Source: Prasinococcaceae sp. CCMP 1430
Taxonomy: Eukaryota; Plantae; Prasinodermophyta
Direction of reading: 5' to 3'
DNA length: 64,000 nucleotides
Assembly (NCBI GenBank): GCA_013416795.1
Contig: RQSC01000757.1
Location: 179,087-243,086 of the forward strand
Made by a program: the position numbers and the translations under genes. Each line of letters begins with the position of its first letter. Within the stretch, counting starts at the first letter, position 1. Below the pieces are notes generated by a model that saw only the letters and a program-made list of their open reading frames with translations, was not told the DNA's origin and searched no databases. Shown here piece after piece: positions 56,949 through 64,000 of the stretch.

Positions 56949-59900
56949 TTACTCGGCAGCGGCCTCAGGCTCGGCGGCGGCCTCAGGCTCGGCGGCGGTC
57001 TCAGGCTCAGAGGTGGCCGCCGCCGCCTTGAGTCCCTCCACCTCCTTGCGTGCAGCCCTTCCACGCACGACGGCCTGGATCTTGAGCGCGGCGGCGTCCT
57101 CTGCTGCGTCCTGCTTCTTCGCCGCCACTCGCTTGCGCGCGAGATGACCGCGCGCGGCGCTCTGCACCTTCACCAGGCGGGCCTGATCCTCGGCGCTCAA
57201 GTCGGGCAGCTCCAGCAGATCTTCAGTGGCTGCCAGGGCGGCTGCCAGGGCGGCATCGGCGGCCATGGTCTCCTCTGGCGTCAAGTCGGGCAGCTCCGGC
57301 AGATCCTCTGTGGCTGCTAGGGCGGCCTCCAGGGCGGCGTCGGCGGCCATGTTCTCCTCTGCCTCTTTCTCCTCCTCTTTTGCCGCCTCTCGGGCAAGCT
57401 CCTCGTCTGCCACAATCTGGACTCCCGAGTCAGCAAGAATCGACGCGAGCGCCTCATCTGCGAGCAGGCTCGCACCAGCCTGCGCCATGAAGGCAGAGCC
57501 GGGCGACATTGGCCTGACACCGGGCTCGAGGTCCTCCATAGCGGCCTCTGCCTTCTCGAGGGCAACGGCGCTGAGCTCGCTCACGAGCTCCGCGACGGTG
57601 TCATCGGCAGCATCCTGATCGGTGAAGAGAGACTCCAACACCACACCGCGCACGAGCTCGGCAGTCACCTCGCGTGCCATGGCCTTGGCCTCGGTGGCGG
57701 TGATGGCGTCCTCCTCGACAGGCCGCCGTGCGACAGCAGGCGTCTGTGGCTGCGACGCAGGGCCCACCGAGTGGGCATCAGGCGCACTGCCAATCGCTGC
57801 GACCATTGCCTCCTTCGCCGCCGCCTCCATCGCCGCCGCCGCGCTCGCCGCCTCGCTCGCCGCTTCTTCCGCCGCTTTTGTTCGTCGCGCCTGCGCGTCC
57901 GCACGCGCCTTGCGACCGCGTTGGACCGACTGAATACGCAGCGCGGCGGCATCCTCAGTCATGCCGCCGTCATCGTAGGTGTCTTGCTTGGGCTCCACCA
58001 GTATGGCGCTGGCGTCTACATCGCCAGCGCCGGCGAGCGCCATGAGCAGCTGCGCCACCGTTTCGCCGAGCGTCTTCTCGGCGGCCTGCGCGTCCGCTGA
58101 CAGCGCCGGATCGGCGTAGGTTGGCCGGGGCGTGTAGAGCTCGCGGATCAGCGCCGAGCGGCGCTCCTTGCCCTCGTGCATGGCGTTCTGCGCCGCACGG
58201 CCGCGAAGCAGGCGCTGAAGCAGGCGAACAGCGCCCACTACGCGCGCGTTGTCCCCCTCGGGCGCCTCGAACGTTGGCGTCACTGGGCGCTCGCCAAGCC
58301 CCTTGCTGGCGCGGCGACGCAAGGTCGCCTTGGGCGCCTTGCCCACGCTGACCTCGTTGGGGCGCGGCCAGGCGTCGCCGTGGCCGCGTCCGCCCTCCGC
58401 TTTGGACGTCTCGAGCAGCTCTGAAATGTGCTCGAGGCGCGCTGCGATGGCTGCCGCCTGGCGCTGCGCGGAGTCCTTCGGCACCCGCTCCGACAGTGGG
58501 GTTGGGGCCTCCACTGTGGGGAAAACCGCCTTGCGCGGCAACGAGGACTCGAGTCTGTTCACACCCTGCAGGTCCGCGGGCACGAAGGGCTCGGGGTTGA
58601 TCTCTTTGCCCTGCATTGGTTTGTCCGTGAAAACGCCGTTGCGTGTGAGCGGTGCGTACACCTCAGACGAGCCCTCGGCATACTCGCGGATGACGTCGCG
58701 CTTGAGATGACTACGACCGCTAGTAGGCACGGACTGCCCCGTCTTTCGGCGCTGCCCGGCGAGCTTGCGCATGTTGGTGTTGCGGCGTCGCTGGATGTTG
58801 GCGAAGGCCTTGCGCGTCTCCTCGAGCTTGGTGCGCTTGAGCACATCCAGACGTTCGGCATGGTACCGCTCGCGTCCGTCCTCGCGCGCGGCCAACTGCT
58901 TGCGCATGACGTTGAGGCGCTCCTCCTGCAGCTTGGCGAGCTCAGCCTCGCGCTCCGCAAACTCTTTGGCCTCCCACGCCTCCATCATGCGCTTGCGTAG
59001 CGGCAGGTTTTTGAGGTCGTTTGGGGCAGGCAAGGACGCTTCGAACGCGGCCTTTTCACGCGCCTTTTCGACCATCACTACCTCCGGCAGCCCACCCGGT
59101 AGGCCCTGTCCGAACTTCAAGCCGGCGAGCATCAGCACCTCTGGGTTGGGCTCTTCCTCGGTAAGGACATAGTCTGGCGAGTACGGCATGGTCTGCGCCT
59201 CGGACTCACGGTAGTCCGACTGCGTGCCAATGGTCACGCCGCCGCCCGGCTCTTCCGTCGCGTCCATGGCCTCGGCGTCCTGCTCACTGGCCGAGTTCTC
59301 CATGTGGCCCACGTAGTCCGCAAGCTGCACGCCGGCGACAGAGGTGGGCAGCGGCATCAACTCGGGCAGTTTGGTCACATACTGCGGGCGCCGGAAGAAC
59401 TTGAATCGATTAGAGCCCGTCACGTTGGTCCACTTCGACTTGGCCTGGCGGTCTGCTGCGCTGGATTGCTGCGGAACGAACTCGCGATCGACGAACGGCG
59501 GCAGCTTGTCATTGTGCTTGAAGCGGTACGTCTGCGACGGGTGGGTTGGCAGCTCACTGAAGAAGTTGCGAAACTCCGCCACGCGCTCTATCTGGAAGCC
59601 CGACGCACGGCTCTGCTCGCGGAAGTGGTCGCGCGCGCCCGACACCGTGTAGACGGTATCTGCGTGGCGCGGGTTCGGCACGCGCGTGCGTGCCAAGGAG
59701 CGTCAGCGACAAAGCGGCGTGCGGCGGCGAGGGGGCCGAATGGCGTGCTGCGCCACGTAGCGCGCGGCGTCCCACGCGCACAGGGGCGAGAGGCACACGA
59801 CGCGCAGGGGCGTTCGCGCTGATGCCGGCCCAAGGCTGGCGCAGTCACGGCGCCCATTGATTTCCGCTCCGCGAGTGGAAACGCGGGCACCGCAGCGTGC

Positions 59901-60370
59901 TCCTCGCCCCCCACACCGCCGGCAGCGTCCGTCGCACGCTCGCGCAGCACCTCCGCCGAGCGCGCTGATGAGCTCGGCGCCTGGGGGAAAATATAAAACG
60001 CGCGCGCGCGGGGAGCTTGCGGGTGCCACGCGCCCAGCGCTTCCCATGGCGCAATCGATGCTCCACACCCCCAAATGCGAGCGGTGAGGGGAGGAAAGCA
60101 AGTCTCTCCCTCGTCGACACGCTCCGGCGCTCCACCGCGCACCCACGCGCCCGCGGACAGGGGGGTTGACCGGCGCGCTCCGCGCGCGCGCGCGCGTCCT
60201 CAATCTGCTCCATTTCCCCTACGGGTCGCTGCACCGCTGGTTCGGGCCACCCGCGCCGCGCGCCGCGCTGCTCCCACCGTCCGCCCGGCCCCGCCCCCGT
60301 CCCCTCGCCGCGCACATGCGAACGCACCGTAGAGCGAGTCGAACGCGCGCGCCTCGGACAGCCCTGCCAT
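56949..60370 (-). CDS. CFAP91: cilia/flagella-associated protein 91 (FAP91/MAATS1) with IQ motifs; exons 60328..60370 and 56949..59659
   Basis: Splice gives MAGLSEARAFDSLY-D-TVYTVSGARDHFRE; TIGTQSDYRESEAQTMPYSPDYV and GLPGGLPEVVMVEKAREK; IQ motifs LQRLLRGRAAQN, IQSVQRGRKAR, VQSAARGHLAR, IQAVVRGRAAR; internal 84-bp coding repeat at 57198/57282. Confidence 0.9.
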
Positions 60371-60517
60371 CGCCGCCGCGCGCAGGGCGCGCGGTACTCG
60401 GGGCCTGGCACAGGCGTGGCGTCGTTGAGAGTGTGCATCTCAAGCGCGGCGCGGCGCGCGCTGTGGGCTGTGCGCCCGCCCGCGCGCCCGCTTCCCACGC
60501 TCTCGCCAGGCGCGGCC

Positions 60518-60521
<4 letters not shown>

Positions 60522-60548
<27 letters not shown>

Positions 60549-60734
60549 CGGGACGCTTTGGGCCTGACTGCCCGCGCCCGAGCGGAGCGCACGCACGTCA
60601 TTTCGAATGCAGCAGAGGCGAATTCGAATCCGTCGTTTTGGCGATGTGGTCGCATCGAACGTCCTCGGGGGCGCTCGCGCGCGGCGCGCCCCCGCGAAGC
60701 GCCGGCGAAAACGAACGCGCGAGTCTCGCGCGCC

Positions 60735-60769
<35 letters not shown>
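60522..60769. repeat. homopolymer tracts A27 (60522..60548) and G31 (60739..60769) in the divergent CFAP91/AKR intergenic region
   Basis: Seen directly. Confidence 0.9.
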
Positions 60770-60770
<1 letters not shown>

Positions 60771-60818
60771 TTCGCGGGGACGGACGCGCGACCGAACGGC
60801 GGAAGATTTTAGGCCGCC

Positions 60819-61981
60819 ATGGCCGCGCGCGCCCCCACCCGTGCCGCGGCGCGCGCGAGCGCGGCGACTGCCGGGAGGGGGAGGGTGCGGGCGCCCGCCG
60901 CCTGCGTGGCCGCGGGGGGCGCGGACGGGGGCAACAGCGAGGGGCTCAGGGGCAAGATCGAATGGTCGGCGCTGCCGGAGGTGGGAGTGGGCACCATCGC
61001 GTGGGGCGATGACTCGTACGGCTTCGGAAATGCCTTCCGCGAGCCCGACGTGCGGGCGGCGTTTGACGCCGCACGCGATGCAGGCATTGCGTTCTTCGAC
61101 ACTGCCGAGGTGTACGGCTACAAGAGTGGCAAGTACGAGCAGAGTGCGGAGCACCTGCTGGGCCACTTTTGCAACGAGGCTGCACAGGGCGCCGGCGATG
61201 GCAGCGATGGCGTTTTTGTCGGGAGCAAGGTCTTCACGATCCCGTGGACCAACGCCATCATGGGGGGGGGCTTCCGGACTGGCCGGGAGCAACTGGTCGC
61301 CGCGTGCCGCGACTCGGTGGCCCGGCTGGGGGGCAGGCAGCTTGACCTCTGGTCCATTCACTTTCCGTTCCCGACTTTCAAGCAAGCGGTGCTCATGGAC
61401 GCGCTGGAGGAGGCGATGGACCTCGGACTCGTCAAGGCCGTCGGCGTGTCCAATTACGACGCCGGCCAGCTCGAGGAGGCGCACGAGCTGCTGGAGCGGC
61501 GCGGCATCCAGCTCTCGTCCAACCAGGTAAAGTATTCGCTCCTCGCGCGCGAGCCGGAGAGCTCGGGCCTGCTCTTGAAGTGCGCGGAGCGCGGTGTCAA
61601 GCTCGTGGCCTACAGCCCGCTGGACGGTGGCAAGCTGGCGAAGGGCGACACTGCGAGCGATGCAAAGGTGAGCGGCTGCGCGATCGCTCGATGCTCCCCG
61701 CGCACACGCGTCGGTCGTCACTGCCGCTGACGTGTGCGGCGCGCTCGCGCATGTTTCAGGTGGCGGAGCTCATGAAGTTGCTGTCCTTCATCGGGGCCAT
61801 CAACGGCGGCAAGACGCCTTCCCAGGTGGCGCTCAACTACCTCGTCGCCAGGGGCGCGCTACCCATCCCCGGCTGCAAGACGGCCTCGCAGGTCCAGGAA
61901 CACGCCGGCGCCACCGGCTGGAGGCTCGACGACAACGAGGTGGAAACCATCGCCGAGAAGCTCGACTACCTCAAGCTCTGA
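60819..61981 (+). CDS. plastid-targeted aldo-keto reductase (pyridoxal reductase-like); intron 61668..61759
   Basis: GVGTIAWGD, FFDTAEVYG, AVGVSNY, SNQVKYSLL, VAYSPL, ALPIPGCKT; transit peptide. Confidence 0.88.
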
Positions 61982-62143
61982 AGAAAAGGCGCCGACACAC
62001 TCCATGCGCGCTGCGGTGATAGTTGGTGACATTGATTGTGCAGCATGGCGCAGTGGCACTGTCTGTAGTAAGAGTGTCTGTTACGTTTCCTTTGATACAC
62101 CAGAGCCGCGTTTTGAGAGAAAATACTCAAGTGTAGTGCATAG

Positions 62144-63610
62144 CTACGACGCTGCCTTCGCGCTAAGCGGTGACACCGGCTTGGCCAGCGGGGGCGTGCG
62201 CACCTGCGCCGGCCGCGACTCCTCGAGCTGCTGCGCGCTCGCCTGAGCCAGCGCCGTGAGCGCCTGCATGGCCGAGGTCGCCGCCTTGTCCGCAGCGACA
62301 GTCGCGTTCGCCTTGGGATTTGACGCGGTCGGCGGCGCAAAGCCAACGCTCGTCTTCGCCGCCTGCGCGGGCACCGCCTTGGCAGGCACTTCCTCTGCCG
62401 CCGGCGTCTCACCCGCCGCCGCGCCGCCGGCCGGGGCAGGCGTGGCCACCGCCACTTGCACGTTTGGCGCAACGGGATTCCCGCCCTGCGCCGCCGCCAC
62501 GGGCGCCTGGTAGGCACCGAAGCCACCAAGCGCGCCAGCCGCGCCCACGCCCAGCGCAGGCTTGGGCACCCCCTGGACGGCGCCCTGAGCCTGCTGCTGC
62601 CCTGCCATGCCGCCCGGCGCCCCGCCCACACCTGCGCACTGCTGCTGGGCCTGCATGTAGGCCAGCAGATTGTTCATGTAAGCGCTGCCAGCGTGCGTCG
62701 GTGCCGGTGCCGCGTCCTGGCTCGCCGGGGCGCCGCCCGCGCGCGCCGCCAGCTGCGCCAGGGCTGCCATGGACATAAGCTCCTGCTGCTGCTGCTGCTG
62801 CGCCTTGGCCAGCTCCACCGGCTGGCCAGGCGCGACGCCCGCGCCCCCGAAGCCGCCGAGCGCCTGCCCGGCCAGGATCGCCTGGACCTGCAACTGGTGC
62901 ATGGACAGCTGCTGCAGGGCGGCCACCGATTGCGCCTTCTCCTCCTCGTGCCGGCGCGCCTGGGCCTGCTGTTGCGCGGCGAGGTACGCGCGCTGCTGGG
63001 ACAAGTACATCATGAGCGGGTTGGCCACCACGGTGTGCGTCGCCACGCCGCTGGGGGTCGCAATGCCGGCGGCGAGATTTGCCTGCGCGTCGAAGGCGCC
63101 CAGCTGCTGCGCGGCGAGGGTCTGGACGGCGAAAGTCTGGGCTGCGCCGGCGCCGGCGCCGGCCTTGGCGGCGGCGGCCTTGGGCGGCGAGGCACGCCGC
63201 CGCTTGCCCGCGCGGGGAGCAGCCTCACCATCGGCGCCGTGCTTTCCACCCTCGAGCCCCGCGTCCTTCTCCCCGGCAGGCGCGCGCGGGCCGACGGTGC
63301 GCTGCGGCGGGATGAGCACCGACCCGTACTTGCGCAGCAGCGTCGAGTTCCAGTGGTTCTTGACGGCGTTGTCCGTCCGGCCGGAGAGCTTCTTGGCGAT
63401 GGACGCCCACCTGTTGCCGTAGACCTTGTGCCAGCGGATGATGATCATGTCCTCCTCCTCGGTGAACGGGTGCTTGTTCACCGCGGGGTTGAGCTGGTTG
63501 CACCAGCGCAGCCGGCAGCTCTTCGACGAGCGGTCGTCGAAGTGCTTGGCGATCATCGACCAGTTGCGCGCCCCGAAGCGAGCCACGAGGTCGCGCAGCT
63601 GCTCATCCTC
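62144..63610 (-). CDS. R2R3-MYB transcription factor; first exon not found in window
   Basis: EDEQLRDLV..FGARNWSMIA...RSSKSCRLRWCNQLNP...FTEEEDMII...GNRWASIAKKLSGRTDNAVKNHWNSTL; acceptor GCAG| at 63611; Gln/Ala-rich C-terminus. Confidence 0.9.
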   Translation of the reverse strand, partial: EDEQLRDLVARFGARNWSMIAKHFDDRSSKSCRLRWCNQLNPAVNKHPFTEEEDMIIIRWHKVYGNRWASIAKKLSGRTDNAVKNHWNSTLLRKYGSVLIPPQRTVGPRAPAGEKDAGLEGGKHGADGEAAPRAGKRRRASPPKAAAAKAGAGAGAAQTFAVQTLAAQQLGAFDAQANLAAGIATPSGVATHTVVANPLMMYLSQQRAYLAAQQQAQARRHEEEKAQSVAALQQLSMHQLQVQAILAGQALGGFGGAGVAPGQPVELAKAQQQQQQELMSMAALAQLAARAGGAPASQDAAPAPTHAGSAYMNNLLAYMQAQQQCAGVGGAPGGMAGQQQAQGAVQGVPKPALGVGAAGALGGFGAYQAPVAAAQGGNPVAPNVQVAVATPAPAGGAAAGETPAAEEVPAKAVPAQAAKTSVGFAPPTASNPKANATVAADKAATSAMQALTALAQASAQQLEESRPAQVRTPPLAKPVSPLSAKAAS

Positions 63611-63716
63611 CTGCGAGCGAGCGGGCCGGGGGGGGAACACACGCACGGGTCAGTCAGAGACGCCTCCCTTCCCCTCTTTCGCGCGCGCGTCCCTCCTCGG
63701 TGGGCGGGGTGAGGGG

Positions 63717-63748
<32 letters not shown>

Positions 63749-63840
63749 TGCGTGCGCGCGCCCCCGCGCCGCGTCTCGAAACCGCGCCGCGCGCGTCCGG
63801 CGCGCGTCCGATCGGGATCGAATCGGATCGCGGCCGCGTT

Positions 63841-63841
<1 letters not shown>

Positions 63842-63874
<33 letters not shown>
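63842..63874. repeat. A33 homopolymer
   Basis: Seen directly, upstream of the MYB exon. Confidence 0.9.
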
Positions 63875-63877
<3 letters not shown>

Positions 63878-64000
63878 GGGGCGAAGCGACGGACGTCCGG
63901 GACGGACGCCTTCGGGGAGATGGCGCTTCCGGAAGCGCGCCCGCGCGCGCCGCGGGCGCACCACCGAAAGGGCAGGAAACACGCGCGGGGGGAAAAAAAA

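Noticed and set aside
59960-59990. TGATGA motif in the CFAP91 intron
   Set aside because: On the strand opposite the host and with no nearby D box or rRNA guide.
60620-60635. TTCGAATC resembling a tRNA T-loop
   Set aside because: No cloverleaf stems or D-arm around it; no tRNA or rRNA genes were found in the window.

Overview
GC-rich eukaryotic nuclear DNA from a green alga-like organism (lineage inferred from plastid-targeted RPE and TatC, allantoicase, flagellar genes and short GT-AG introns). It is gene-dense, with about 25 protein genes on both strands: dynein-2 heavy chain, two near-identical SLC26/SulP copies, ankyrin protein, PAF1, RPE, TatC, bL25, FHIT, SPOUT methylase, GPCAT, DnaJ, DCD-Kelch, CREC EF-hand, MPP-alpha, allantoicase, FAD oxidoreductase, CFAP91, AKR and R2R3-MYB. 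There are two N gaps and two single Ns. Features the ORF track does not explain: (1) a ~610-bp bacterial-type xdhC internal fragment inserted antisense, apparently after codon 5 of a host oxidoreductase gene next to allantoicase; (2) one in-frame TAG in the stalk of an otherwise intact dynein-2 gene; (3) two intronic C/D-box snoRNAs with rRNA guides, one of them inside a SPOUT methyltransferase gene; (4) a repeat-rich zone at 17.0-19.6 kb with isolated WD40 fragments in opposite orientations and a ~196-bp tandem array; (5) nested tandem duplications at the sulfate transporter locus. All splice models and family calls come from reading the sequence and recalled consensus motifs; no database search was run.
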